Part shown: positions 36,388 through 49,930 of the stretch, piece after piece
How the letters are laid out: each line of letters starts with the position of its first letter
Position numbering within the stretch: position 1 is the stretch's first letter
NCBI GenBank assembly: GCA_964106645.2
Contig: OZ067054.1
Strand: one strand, 5' to 3'
DNA: 64,000 nt
From: Podarcis pityusensis
Lineage: Eukaryota
The notes under the pieces: model-generated
What the model was told of the DNA's origin: nothing
What the model saw: the letters and a program-made list of their open reading frames with translations, nothing else
Databases searched by the model: none
Translations under genes and position numbers: made by a program

Positions 36388-38147
36388 CAGCAATCTGTTC
36401 CATGCACCTTAGGCATGACTCAAGAAAGGCACAAGCAAATGGCTCTTGAACTCTCCCCCCCCCCACTGTGAATTGTAACAGGAGCTTGGGCAGGAGCAGA
36501 GCCTTCCTCACACTATATACCTCAGACTCTCACCCCAAGAAACAGGCAAACATTTCAAACCCCCTTTCCCTGTGAGGCAGTTAGCACAGCTAATGCCACT
36601 GACCCCTTCCACCCTTGGGTCAATTAAAAAGACATTGTTATCCCTTACCCTCCTGCTTACAAACAATTGTTAATCAGTGATATATGAACTGAGTGATTTC
36701 AGATGAGCCTTGAATCCTTTTTCTTTTCGAATTTTCAGGATTTTAAAGATAGCCTTACTGGCTAAGCTTAAGCAGAAGCTACACAAATATACATAGTATG
36801 TGTTGAACTGTGAAAAAATGTGTGTGTGTGAGAGAGAGAGAGTGTGTGTGTGTGTGTGTGGCAATTCCGTAGAATGGTTATTTGGGGGTTGTCATGACCA
36901 AGCTTTTATGGCTTTAATTTAACACATGAGTAGTTTCCTGGGTAAACTTTCACTTTAATCCCCATTTCACGGCATGAAATAATATGATATCCCCACACAG
37001 CATATTTCCCATTCGGAGGGAAGCTCAGGCAATTCTCATACGCTTGCATAGCTCAGTTACCGTATGAAACTTCTGTGGCAACTCAGTTGTACTGCAAAAG
37101 AGGAAGAAGAAGTAAACCTGTTGAAAAACATTTTTAAACTTAGTTGCTGCTGCTGCTGCTTTGAGGAAGCGTGCGGGAAATTTGCACTTGTGAGGCTTGT
37201 GTCGGTTTTTTAAAGACAGAATGTCAAAATATCCAGCTTGTTCCACATTTAACACACAGGGCAGGTATACATGCACTGAGTAAGATTCAAATAACAGGGT
37301 TTTTTTCTGGCCAAATTAGATGTTTAAAGAGAAATGCAGCTACTATTATCTCTTGTCTCTTTACTGTCATTGCACCATGTGTCTCCTCTTCCTTATCTCA
37401 CATCAGCAGGGTGGTGAAAGTGAACCAACTCACAGCACAACGATGTTCCATCTCATGGACTTTTTATTAGCTGTGGCAAGAAAGAGTTAAAAACGTTTAA
37501 ACCCTTGGGAATATGGCCTTAAACTCTTTCAACCTGGCTGAAAGGTCATGTCTACATTTATTCCTATTTAATGGCCATGGCTTTCCCCAAAGTATCTTGA
37601 GAACCGTAGTTTGGTGAGGGTGCTACGGCTGTGGGCAGGATTCTTGCATCGCAGGGGGCTAGACTATATGACTCTTGGGTCCCTCTCAACTCTGCAATTC
37701 TATGATTCTGTTAGATATTCCTCGACGCATGGAGTTTCTTTGGGGTAGAACACTTGTGAGAGTTACAGGTTTTGAGGGACCCATGGGAAAGGTTATGTCA
37801 GTGTCCCTCCTCCCTGAGAGCACCCATTTTCTTCTCTTTATCACTGCAGCCATTGCACTTTCTCTTGTATCTTCCTCTGGGCCTCTCAGATGCAAGCACC
37901 TCTCACTGTTCGCTCACTTGGACTATGCAAATGAGTTTCAATAGCAAGGGGCATTAGGTTCCCAAGTATTGGTAGTAACTCTCCATGGGCCTTGCAGGTG
38001 TGTCCAATAACACCAGCCCCCGAAACATAAGTCCTGCACTGTATTATTCCTGATAGGTCCATGTCACAATACGATGTGTAAAGTAGCACTCTCATGCATC
38101 CAGATAATTGCTTATCCAACTGTTTTGGATAGCTTTGCTTAAGTATA

Positions 38148-38381
38148 CAGTGGTACCTCGGGTTACAGACACTTCAGGTTACAGACGCTTCAGGTTACAG
38201 ACTCCGCTAACCCAGAAATAGTACCTCGGGTTAAGAACTTTACCTCAGGATGAGAACAGAAATTGCGGCGCGGCGGCAGCGGGAGGCCCCATTAGCTAAA
38301 GTGGTACCTCAGGTTAAGAACAGTTTCAGGTTAAGAACAAACCTTCAGAACGAATTAAGTTCTTAACCCAAGGTATCACTG
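38148..38381 (+). mobile_element. Tc1/mariner MITE, same family
   Basis: TIRs and TA flanks. Confidence 0.9.
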
Positions 38382-39139
38382 TAACATGGTGGGGCAAGCG
38401 CTCTCTTTAAAACACAGAAAATTGTTCCCCATAAATCCCTTCCATGATCAGAAATTCTTATGAAGTGTCTTGCTGGGATGTAGCCATTTCCTGCTTGTTA
38501 ACATAACTAGTGGTTACTGGTTTTAAGACCTTGAGAGCTCAGAAATAATAAATATTAAAACTTTTCTGCCCACATGATGACATCTTCCTGAACTTTAGCA
38601 GATTGGGTCCATAAAATTGGTGATAAATCAGATGATGTTAGATCTTTCACATCGCTTTGTGTATACAAAAGCAGATATACAAACAGCTCAAAAGTCTGCC
38701 ACCGCCACAGAAAATACGCTAACAAAACGTCAGCCGCTGCCACAAGTATTACTGCTGCCGAGTCACTAGTTTAAAAGCCTGACCCCCCCCCCCCCAATGT
38801 TCCCTTGGACCAGTGTTTAGATGTTTCATATAATCTGGAACTTTATAAATGTCAATAGAATAAAAGCCACTTTTAGACTGATTCAGCTGAGTAGGTGCAA
38901 AAGATTTTTATTAAGCTTGGAAATGTTTAATTGCTGGCAAAACACAGAGCTTAGATACAGAAATACTGTTTTTTTCTGGCCAGACCCTCAACTTCTCATC
39001 AATCAATCCTTGACAGATACACCACATCATGTGGATATAAACATGAATGTTCCCCACACCACCATCCTTTTTGTATCAGGTTGGGATTGTAAAGCAAAAT
39101 AAATTTGGTAAATTTGACTATTTTCATATTAGCTATGAA

Positions 39140-39486
39140 GGGACACGGGTGGCACTGTGGGTTAAACCACAGAGCCTAGGACTTGCTAATCAGAAGGTCG
39201 GTGTTTCGAATCCCCGCAACGGCGTGAGCTCCCGTTGCTCGGTCCCTGCTCCTGCCAACCTAGCAGTTTGAAAGCACATCAAAGTGCAAGTAGATAAATA
39301 CCTTCCAGCGGGAGGGTAAACGGTGATTCCGTGTGCTGCTCTGGTTCGCCAGAAGCGGCTTAGACATGCTGGCCACATGACCCGGAAGCTGTACGCCGGC
39401 TCCCTCGGCCAATAAAGCGAGATGAGCGCCGCAACCCCAGAGTCAGCCACGACTGGACCTAATGGTCACGGATCCCTTTACCTTAC
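39140..39486 (+). mobile_element. Sauria/Squam1 SINE
   Basis: Same family; TSD tattagctatg. Confidence 0.92.
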
Positions 39487-40003
39487 TATATTAGCTATGT
39501 CCATGTTGGCTTACAATCCCAACATAGAGATACATGATAACCTGATGGAAAGGCAGCATAAAATCATCCTGGACTTCAATCTAGATGCCAAAAAAATGAG
39601 AGGCAAACATGGCAATAATTTATTTTCGTCTATAAAGAACAAGTCATACAGTTTTGGATGTGAAACCCAAGCAGAATAAAACATATGTGTATGCATACCT
39701 ATTATGCACATGGAGAGAGTGCAATATGATCAGTATGATATAAGGATTTACAAAATCAGTACATTGAAAAAATTGAATTGGAATATGAACTCAGAAGAAC
39801 TGACCAACAACGATGAATGATGAAAAATATAATCAACATTGTCCTAACAATGCTTGCTTGTGGAGGTAGTTACATAACACAAAGCTCATCACTTCTGTTA
39901 TCAGCCATGTGTAGTGTGAACAAGCAGCTGTGCATGTAAGTGAATACTCTTCTGCAAAATGGTGATTGCAATAAGAAAAATCCTCACCACAGTGTTTCAG
40001 CAT

Positions 40004-40499
40004 TTGTTGTTGTTGTTGTTGTTTAGTCGTTTAGTCATGTCTGGACCCCATGGACCAGAACACGCCAGGCACTCCTGTCTTCCACTGCCTCACGCAGTGT
40101 GGTCAAACTCATGCTGGTAGCTTCAAGAACACTATCCAACCATCTCGTCCTCTGTCGTCCCCTTCTCCTTGTGCCCTCCATCTTTCCCAACATCAGGGTC
40201 TTTTCCAGCGAGTCTTCTCTTCTCATGAGGTGGCCAAAGTATTGGAGCCTCAGTTTCAGGATCTGTCCTTCCAGTGAGCACTCAGGGCTGATTTCCTTAA
40301 GAATGGACAGGTTTGATCTTCTTGCAGTCCATGGGACTCTCAAGAGTCTCCTCCAGCACCAGAATTCAAAAGCATCAATTCTTTGGCGATCAGCCTTCTT
40401 TATGATCCAGCTCTCACTTCCACACATCACTACTGGGAAAACCATAGCTTTTACTATACGGACCTTTGTTGGCAAGGTGATGTCTCTGCTTTTTAAGAT
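40004..40499 (-). mobile_element. BovB (RTE) LINE 3' fragment
   Basis: TKVRIVKAMVFPVV..ESW..IDAFEFWCWRRLLRVPWTARRSN..LQYFGHLMRR; (CAA)n tail. Confidence 0.95.
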
Positions 40500-42387
40500 T
40501 TACAAATTCAGCATTTACAAATTGCTAATTGTCCATTGCTAAAAATTTTGGCAATATCTAAAGCAGTGTCAGTGAAGTTCCACTGGTGCAACGTTTCTAT
40601 TTCCTCTTGTTCCCCCATTTTCTCGGGATGACCCCCCAACTCCCTGGAGCTTATTTCAAGGGTGCCCAGGGGGTGGGGCTGCAGGGGAAAGGAGAGGAGG
40701 GGAAAGTTCCATTCTGCTACTGCAAGTCTTGGGACATTAGATACCACCCCATTAACTGAAGAAGTCTTTCATCAAAGTTCTGGAGAGGGTCAGATCTCTG
40801 TATGTTCAGTTGGAAGTATATCCCATTGAATTCAATGGGGCTTTGCAGTTTTAAAGAGACAGAAGTACATTGGACCACACAATTGCATGTGCCTTATCTT
40901 AATAATACAACAACCAGTTATAAATGTATTTGATAAATGCAATCACCCCTTTCCATGATCAAGCACATTTTTTGAATGACCAAAGATATATTTCACTTTA
41001 TTTGAACTGGCTGGTAATGTGATTTAATTCATAAATTATTATCTAAATATATATAAAAGTCAGTACCTAACATTCTCTCATTCTAGCATTACCAACAAAC
41101 AGAACGCAGAATGTATCTCAGTAGCTGAAGACAGCAGAGGCAGTGAACAGGTTTAGCCTTTTCCCCAATGGTACTGCCAACTGCACACTTTTACTGTACA
41201 ATATCCCATATGAATGAATGATTTCCATTCACCTGTTGGGGTGAAAGTAGGTGACAAAACCAGCCCTTCGATTGTTGGTTGGCTCTGTGATGGCAATCAT
41301 TTTGGGCAATGCAATGTGTCTTTGTCAGGGTAGTTCACGAAGGAAATCTTAACACTCAAATGATCCTTGAAACATACACTTCTGTGTCTTGCTAATGATG
41401 GTCATTTTCATCATTTTAAACAGCAGTGAACCCGAGCATTTCTGATTGTTTTGAAAAGAAACAATCTCTTTTAACCCTGCTGTGTAGAGGGAAAAAATCA
41501 AACTTGTGGAAAAAAATAACTATGAAAATCCTCACATCTGTTTTAGAATTATATTTATAAAGGCACACATTCAGCCAAACTATTTGCTGCTTACTGAGCA
41601 CTGACCTCTTAAGGAAATAGAGAGATATTACATCTCATAATATAAATCCCCTTTCCCAGTGCCCCCACTCTGCAAATATTACTTAAGCTCCAATTTGTTT
41701 TCTGTTCTTTAGATGATTCTGCATTTTGATAGCTCAGGAAATGATGCCACAGTATTATGCACCAGGAATTCAAACACAACATGAAAGCATTGAAGATTGC
41801 AGAACCGAGTCTTATGTCATAATTTGTTTCTCTTTTAAAGCATTCCGCAGTCATATCCCCTGTCCCTTGTTGCATGAGATATTAACATATGAATTGAATT
41901 CACAGGATAGCTTCCAATTTGATGGATTCAATTTTTGCGACTGCTTTCTTTTTTCTCATCATGCTGTAAATAATAATAATTCCACTATTGGTTACCATAG
42001 TGAGATACAGTACTGCTCATTAAAGGTAGTAAAGTTTCTTTGTTGTTCAACAACTGTTAATTAATATAAAGGTAAAATGTCAGCTAAGCTAATTTGAGGG
42101 TTTTAACCTTCTTTACTTGAAAATGCAGTGGCATCTAATGTAACTCTGATTATTATTTTTTTTCTTTTCCATGAGACCACCTTATCAAACTTGCAACTAG
42201 GTTGAATATTTTGTTAGTGTTTTAAAAGCAAATGGTAGCCTGCAGTTGCCAGATTGTAGAAAAATGACCACCTTTTCTGCCCCAATTCAGTCTACAGCAC
42301 GACTTTTCTGTTACGTCAAAATCAGGAAACTTCTGTTGCACTACAAACCAGGATCTTATCCGGAAGGTAGCTCAGAATGATCTCAAA

Positions 42388-42744
42388 TGTCTAAAGCACT
42401 GAGCCTCTTGGGCTTGCCTATCGGAAGGTCGGCAGTTCGAATCCCTGCGATGGGGTGAGCTCCTGTTGCTCTGTCCCAGCTTCTGCCAACCTAGCAGTTC
42501 AAAAGTACTCCAGTGCAAGTAGATAAAAAGGTACAGCTGCGGCAGGAAGATAAACAGTGTTTCCGTGCACTCTGGTTTCCATCACAGTGTCCCATTGAGC
42601 CAGAAGCGTTTTAGTCATGCTGGCCACATGACCCAGAAAGCTGTCAGTGGACAAATGCTATCTCCCTTGGCCTGAAAGCAAGATGAGTGCCACAACCCCT
42701 TAGTCTCCTTTGACTGGACTTAACCATCCAGGGGTCCTTTACCT
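42388..42744 (+). mobile_element. Sauria SINE, older/longer subfamily, 5'-clipped
   Basis: Same body with diagnostic insertions; more diverged. Confidence 0.85.
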
Positions 42745-42770
42745 ATATCATGTTGCCTCTTAGCATCCAA

Positions 42771-42813
<43 letters not shown>

Positions 42814-43410
42814 TTTATTTATATCCTTCCCTCCCCAGGTGAAGCCAGGCTCAGAGCAGCTAACAACAGTAAAACGATAAAACATTCTAAAATCATTTCA
42901 TTATAAAATTAATTCCAATCAAATTAATGGCAACCATTGGGCTAGAAGTTCTGTGAGGATTGCCAAAGGAGGGAGTCAGGCTGTGCCCTGGCCAAAGGCC
43001 TGGTGGAACAGCTCTGTCTTGCAGGCCCTGCGAAAAGATGTCAAATCCCGCACGGCCCTAGTCTCTTGTGACAGAGCGTTCCACCAGATCGGAGCCACAG
43101 CCAAAAAAGCCCTGGCTCTGGTTGAGGCCAGCCTAACCTCTCTGTGGCCTGGAACCTTCAAGATGTTTTTGTTTGAAGACCGTAAGTTCCTCTGTGGGAC
43201 ATACCAGGAGAGGCGACCTGTAGGTACGAGGGTCCTAGGCCGTATAGGGCTTTGAAGGTTAAAACCAGCACCTTAAACCTGATCCTATACTCCACCGGAA
43301 GCCAGTGCAGCTGGTATAGCACTGGGTGAATGTGATCTCGCAGCGAGGACCCTGTAAGGAGTCTCGCCGCGGCATTCTGCACCTGCTGGAGTTTCTGGGT
43401 CAGTCTCAAG
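42771..43410 (-). mobile_element. L2 LINE 3' fragment with (ATT)n tail
   Basis: KLQQVQNAAARLLTG..DHIHPVLYQLHWLPVEYRIRFKVLVLTFKAL..AF.AVAP..WNAL. Confidence 0.92.
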
Positions 43411-44030
43411 GCACATTATCTTCAAAAATGTTCAGGAGTTAGAACATTATTATATTTAAGAAATCATGTATTATAATTAGGATCAGAAATGGAATACCAT
43501 TATTATAGGTTCAAAATAAAAGCTGCTCTGCTAACTTATTTTAGACTGCATTTCTGCTAATAGCAAGTTCGGACAACTTGTTTACATTACCCAAATGTTA
43601 TAGGTCACATTACCGAAATGAGTGATTATCAGACTGTGAGTCAGGACACTCTGATGTCCTACGACTATGAAAGGGGCATGCCTTGAAAAAATAAACTATG
43701 CTGGTGTATACACCATTTGGTACACTCTGAATGTGGAGAACAACAGATTAAATGAGCACTGATACTCCCTTCTCTCTGCCAAAATAGAGGTCTGACATCA
43801 TCCTGTGTGAGACAGTAAGGATGAACCAGGATACCCTGATGCAATGACTGACAGGTACACGGAAATCCCAGAAGCATCATCATTACCCAGAAAGCACAGT
43901 CTTATCTTTGAATTCTAAATAACTGGGTAGAAGAGAGAGCAGGATACAGTGATGCATAACTAATCTATGTCTCTGGCAAAGCGGATGTCTGGCTATTGCT
44001 TTGTGGGCTAGTCAAAAGAGTATACATATA

Positions 44031-44686
44031 CCGTATTTTTCCGTGTATAAGACGGTGCTTTTTGCTAAAAAAAAAGGCAAAAATTGGGTGTCATCTTATG
44101 CATGGATAGTGAATGCAGAGGGGGGACGTGCAGTTAATGGCGGCAGCAAGCAGGAGATTGGCAGCGGTGATTGGGCAGGTGATTGGTGGCTGCGGCAAGG
44201 CCTGCTGGTGATTGGGTGTGACCGTAGCAGTTGGGCAGGCGATTGGCGTCTGCAGCAAGTAGGCGGGTGAGCTGTTGGTGGCAGCAAGCAGGCAGACAAT
44301 TGGCGGCTGCGGCAAGGTGTGCTATCTGCAGTGGCTGTGGCAAGCGATCGGCAGTGGTGGGCAGGCGGGTGAGCGATTGGTGGAAGTGATCTCCTCCACC
44401 CCACCCCACCCTCAAAAAGCTAAACAACTTAATCTCTTAATTTTGGTTACAGATGGGTAGCCGTGTTGGTCTGCCATAGTCGAAATAAAAAAATTCCTTC
44501 CTGTAGCACCTTAAAGACCAACTAAGTTAGTTCTTGGTATAAGCTTTCGTGTGCATGCACACTTCTTCAGATACACTGAAATAGAAGTTACCAGATCCTT
44601 CTATGATTTTGGGTTTTTAATTTTGGGTTTTTAAAAAATAGGAATCGTATTATACATGGGGGCGTCTTATACACGGAAAAATGCAG
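44031..44686. mobile_element. Tc1/mariner (Tc2/pogo-like) non-autonomous element with internal GC-rich minisatellite
   Basis: TIRs ccgtatttttccgtgtataagacg / cgtcttatacacggaaaaatgcag, TA flanks, repeats of ggcaggcgattggcggctgc. Confidence 0.75.
44446..44602 (-). mobile_element. Second Penelope-like pLTR copy with hammerhead motif (44537-44574, - strand)
   Basis: Near-identical to the 34365-34591 element; nested in a Tc1/mariner-type MITE. Confidence 0.82.
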
Positions 44687-44699
44687 TATATTTCTTTCT

Positions 44700-44825
44700 A
44701 GATAGGTAACTGGGTTAGGCTGCTACAACAAAAGCAGCTGAGTCCTGTGTCACCTTACCGTTCAACAAATTTGTATGGCATAAACTTCCATGAGCTAGAA
44801 TCCAGTTCATCTGTTAATCTTAAGA
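44700..44825 (-). mobile_element. Old, degenerate Penelope-like pLTR
   Basis: tgtcacctta...aacaaattt...gcataaacttccatgagctagaatccagttcatctg parallels the younger copy; hammerhead core decayed. Confidence 0.45.
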
Positions 44826-46628
44826 CAGACAGACAGACAGACACACACACACACACACACTACGTGCCTTGTGTGTGAAAAGTATGAGAAACACGAGTCC
44901 AAGTACTAAAAGATAAAGTCACTCTAGCTTCTTACACATCTTGATTAAAAAAACAACACTTCTTTGGAAATGCAAATGAATTTCCATGTTAAAGCATGCA
45001 TCACTCCTCGTTCAGGAATTATCTTAGAAATCTGAAGATGCTGACATCATTACTGTTCTTATGACAACAAGGAACATACAATACGCATGCAATACTGGTC
45101 ACTTCTTTTCTGAAATCACTTGAAGTTAATCAGATTAAGGTGTCAAAGAACTTGTATTGCTATCAAGATTTTATTCTCTTAGAAGCCAGTCCGCTACCTT
45201 CCCTTTCTAAAGGGTGATGCGGATTTCTTTTCACTATTTATTTACCTAACTAGGAGATGAAACAAAACTTGAAAAGAGACAACAGTGATGTCAGATCACT
45301 GCTAAAAGTGTGTAAACTGCCATAGTTGTAGTCTTTTCAGCTACTGGCTGCCAATATGCTCCCGGACCCAAATCAAATGACTTGGGGCCCAAATACTTGA
45401 AGAAGTGACTCTCCTTGCCACATCAAGCCTGATGATATGCTGAGAGAGTCCTGCTAGTGGTCCTGTTGATGAATGAAGAGTAGTGTGCATGCGTTTGTGT
45501 GTTTATAATGTATTGCAGGGCCTTCTTGATGGTGGCACCCAGGTTATGAAATGCTATCCCCCAGGAGGTGTGATTGGCTTCCTCATTAGATAGTTTTCAA
45601 TGAAGCCTTGAGACAGATCTCTGCTCAAATCCTTGACTTTACTCATGAGTCTTGTGCATTGTTGCATTTGTTTTATGAACTTCCATTTTAATTTTTATTA
45701 CTGGTTATGTGGTTATTGCACTTATTGTATTAATTTTCTGACTGCTGCCCTGGGATCTTAATGAATGCATGGTGGCTAATAAATTGAGTAAATAAGTAAA
45801 TAAACTCTAGGCAAAAACTGAAATACTTGTAAACCTGTGATTGTGGCACCAGGTGAATAGGTATTTTGCATGTCCATCTAAGAATGGTATTGCTTGCTTT
45901 CCACATGATTCTTCTATAATTGCTAATGTTCACAAAAGCTGTACTTCAATACACTAACACAATGCAAAGGAGTGGGTTACAGAATCTCTTTCAACTACCA
46001 ACATATGGCCTGGTTCATAGGATGCGTAGCAAGATTAAAATCTGTTGCACCTAACAGAAACAGCTCATTCTAACATGGGAGAACTTGCTTTTTTGAGACC
46101 TTGGAGTGCGGCCCTGCAAATATTTACATGTGAACTAAACAAATGTCTTTCTTATACAGAGCTTTGGATCTAACCCAATTTGTGGGATGCATGATCAGGA
46201 TCTACCTGTGTAGATCCTATATAATTTCTGCTAGCCTGTGGGGCTTCAGGCGATGGGGGCTAATCAGGAAAACAGCATGGGAAGAAAATATTAACCCACC
46301 CCCAGCACTACAGCCTCAAGCCTGTTCACACACACCAGAACACAACCAGGTGATCAGCTTTTATAACAAACAAATCCTAATTTCCTGATCAGAAATATCC
46401 TGACTCACATCTAGTTTGCATGCAGCATAGCCTTAGGTAGTAGTTGGTACTACTGCTTTTATTCTATCTCACCTAAGTTTTGTGTTAATATTTTTTATTG
46501 ATTGTAGTTGTTCTTAAGTGTTTTATTTTGTAGTTGTAAATAGTATGGTTGTGGGCTTTTTAAAGCCAGCTAGAGAATAGTAATAATGGGCAGCTGTGCA
46601 AATTTAATAAATACATTAAATTAAATTA

Positions 46629-46851
46629 CAGTGGTACCTCGGGTTACAGACGCTTCAGGTTATAGATGCTTCAGGTTACAGACTCCGCTAACCCAGAAAT
46701 AGTACCTCGGGTTAAGAACTTTGCTTCAGGATGAGAACAGAAATCGCAGCGGGAGGCCCCATTAGCTAAAGTGGTGCTTCAGGTTAAGAACAGTTTCAGG
46801 TTAAGAACACACCTCCAGAACGAATTAAGTTCTTAACCCGAGGTTCCACTG
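46629..46851 (+). mobile_element. Tc1/mariner MITE, same family
   Basis: TIRs and TA flanks. Confidence 0.9.
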
Positions 46852-47002
46852 TACTGGGATAAATTGATCCATGAAACAGCTCTGTATAGGACAGTTTTAT
46901 AAATAACTTTAATCAATAGGATGGTTCTGTGAATGAGGCTCAGAATCTTGGTATTTTCCCAAAAAGAATACTTTTTTCTCCTGTGCTTTATTCATGTTAG
47001 AC

Positions 47003-47138
47003 CAGGCTTCCTCAGCCTCAGCCCTCCAGATGTTTTTGGCCTACAACTCCCATAATCCCTAGCTAGCAGGACCAGTGGTCAGGGATGATGGGAACTGTAG
47101 TCTCAAAACATCTGGAGGGCCAAGGTTGAGGAAGCCTG
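47003..47138. mobile_element. Palindromic hAT MITE; older relative at ~3707-3843
   Basis: 8-bp TSD tgttagac. Confidence 0.9.
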
Positions 47139-48685
47139 TGTTAGACACAGCAAGTGATATACCACCCTAATACAATAGAAAACGACAGAGATAACCTTGC
47201 TGCAGGGGACAGTTCCCTCCTCCTCAATCCCCAGTAATGTGTGCTGAAATTGATGTGTTGAAGGAGGGGGGAGAAATACCGAGTAAAGCTAGCTTTCGGT
47301 GGTTAGGAATTCAGAATGGAACAGGAGCTGCAGAAAGGACTTATTAAACACCTTGCAGTGTTGCGTAGGTAGGTTACTGTGAGAATATCAAAACGTATGA
47401 AACAGTTATACTTGTTGGAGCAATTCTGTCATCAATAAAGGTGTTCACCCACATGCATCATTAATAGGATTGCACTTCAAAGCTGAAATTCTAGAGACAG
47501 GAAGTACCATAAGTATCCCTATTTTGGTTCAGGATGAAATCCACGGGGGGGGGGACAAAACTTTTCTGCCCCCACCCCAGTATGCCCAAAGAAACCTCAG
47601 CTGGGATCCATGATGTCACAAAACGGTGCCTTCTGGAGACTTTATTAAGCATGACGGTTGACCCACAGGTTCTAAAGCTCCCTTGCTCCCCTGTAACACC
47701 CACAAAATTGGCACAATTTTATGCAAGAGAGTGTGTGTTCGGGTGGGGAAAGGAAATTCTACTAAATTCTACTAAATGCATGGAAATTTCCATGCTGGGA
47801 TGAGAGAAGATGATGCTGTGTTTAGAGCAACACAAGCATATGAATAAGTTTTTCTAAATACTACAATGTGCCCTACAATAACCCTGTTGCTCAGTATTGC
47901 TATCCTCACATAGGGAACCTTGCACTATATGGTAGTCCACCAAGGGAGCTTGTGGTTAAGAAAGTGAACTTTGAAACAAAAGCATTATCTTATTCACAGC
48001 TCACAAAAATCTCCAGTTTACACTGGGAAGTGTAATATTGTTACTCTGATTCTGTTCAATGATTGAGGCTTGTTCTAAATAAAATCATGTGAATTGCTGC
48101 CTTGGCCAAAAGGCAATAGTAGGTGCAGGTCTTCTGGCCTGATCCAGTTAGGCCTCTAAGATTTCCCCTAAAAGACCAGACTAGATGAAACAACCCTTCT
48201 CTGTCTTTAAATTTTGGTCAAGGGCAGAGAAGAGAACTGGACAGCCCTACTGTGCAAGCAGAGAGTGTTCAGACCCTTTCCAGCTCTGCTATTATACCAA
48301 CACTTTCCCACTTACCCCTGGGGAAACATGTGTGCCGGGCATGGGTGCCAACTTAAATAAACTATTGGGAGGGAGGGCAATTAAGTCCCACCCCACATAA
48401 TCGATCACACAATGTGGTACGTGCACACCATTTGAATGGCAGTGCCTATCTACTTGCGGGGAGGGGCAGCCCCATCAAATATTTTATTGGGAGGGGACGA
48501 AGGGTATAGAAAGCCAGGTGACAGTGGCCATCCTCACACCCATCTCTCTAGTAATACCAGCTAAAGAACAACAAGGCCCCTGGCATAGATTATATTCCTG
48601 CAGAACCTCTGAAGACCAACATTGGGTGGTGGGCCCCCCTGCTGGTGACAATATTCTCCCACATTGATTCAACAGGCCTATTTCC

Positions 48686-49000
48686 CGAACGGTGAGCCGA
48701 GGAGATAATCATCCCAATTTATAAAAAGGGCCCCACATTGGACCCAGTGAGTTACAGACCTATTAGTCTTTTACCTATACCTAGCAAATTATATGCAAAA
48801 CACCTCTATATCAAATTAACTAGTTGGATGGACGCTGAGGCCATCTCGGCAGAGGAGCAAGCTGGATTTAGGCAAGGCAGATCTACCATAGATAACTGTT
48901 TTGTCTTAGCACATCTTATTGACAAATACGCCAAGAAAACCCGTGGGGTCTTATATGCAGCCTTCATTGATTTGAAGGCTGCTTTTGATTCAATTTCTCT
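48686..49000 (+). mobile_element. Internal reverse-transcriptase fragment of a non-LTR retrotransposon
   Basis: IIIPIYKKG..DPVSYRPISLL..SKLY..EEQAGFRQGRSTIDN..LYAAFIDLKAAFDSI is the N-terminal RT region; truncated at both ends. Confidence 0.9.
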
Positions 49001-49693
49001 AGCAATACCCAATGACAATATTTTATTTCAGATGGAGAAGCATTCAGTCATGTGAGACCCCTGCATTCCGACGTGACAGCCAATACACGGGTCTAGTATG
49101 GGGGGGAGAGAGAACTAGGCCCGTGTCCTGTTAGGTTGTACTACTTTTTTGTTTACTTACTCCAGAGTGTTGGGGGGGGGGTAGGAAGAGAAGAAGAGAC
49201 CCTGGCTAAGAAGCAGCGCCCCCCCCCCATCACTGCTTTAAGAACTGCCTTATCCAGCTGCAACTGAAACCACAAGGTGTTTCCCTCGGCATCAGCCGGA
49301 GCGCGTTTCACATCAAGCCCAGCCCAGCGTCGCTTTCCAGGCGCAGCTAAGGCGACCTCTGCCGGGCTCTGCCTGCCTCGGGAAGAGCGGCCCGCCGCTG
49401 CCGCCCCTCCCCGCCCGCCCGCCCACATTCCCACACCCTCCTTGCCCCCAGGGGCTGGACGAGGCTCCTCCTGTCCCCGGCAAGCGGTGCTTGCCTGCCT
49501 GCTTGCGTGCGTGTGGGTGCCTGGGGCGGGCAGAAAGGAATCCCCCCCACGCAACTTTTCCTTCCTCCTCTTCCCTCCCTCGCTCCCCCTCCAAAAAGAA
49601 AAAAGAAAAACCCAAAACGCGGAGGGGGGGCAGAGTTTGAAACCAAGCAAGAACTCCCTGCGCCGAGTTTCCTCTCTCGCAGCAGTCGGAGGG

Positions 49694-49717
49694 ATGGGAG
49701 CCAGGGCAGCAGAGTGA
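49694..49717 (+). other. Putative uORF MGARAAE* in the 5'UTR
   Basis: gggATGg strong Kozak context, TGA at 49715-49717. Only relevant if the TSS lies upstream. Confidence 0.4.
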
Positions 49718-49930
49718 GAGCCGCCGAGGCAGCTGCGGGTGCGCAAAGAGGAGCGGAGGGCTCAGCCACCCCCGAAGTGAAAGCGGAGAAGAGCCGAGAG
49801 AGGAAACTTCTTCTCCCTTTGCCCCGCCGCTCTCGGCTGGAGGATCGCTCGCTCCGTTCGCGCGCCGTCGCCAGAGACCAGCGAAGGTTGCGAAGGCGCA
49901 GCGGCGGCGGCAGCAGCAGCAGCGCTGGAC

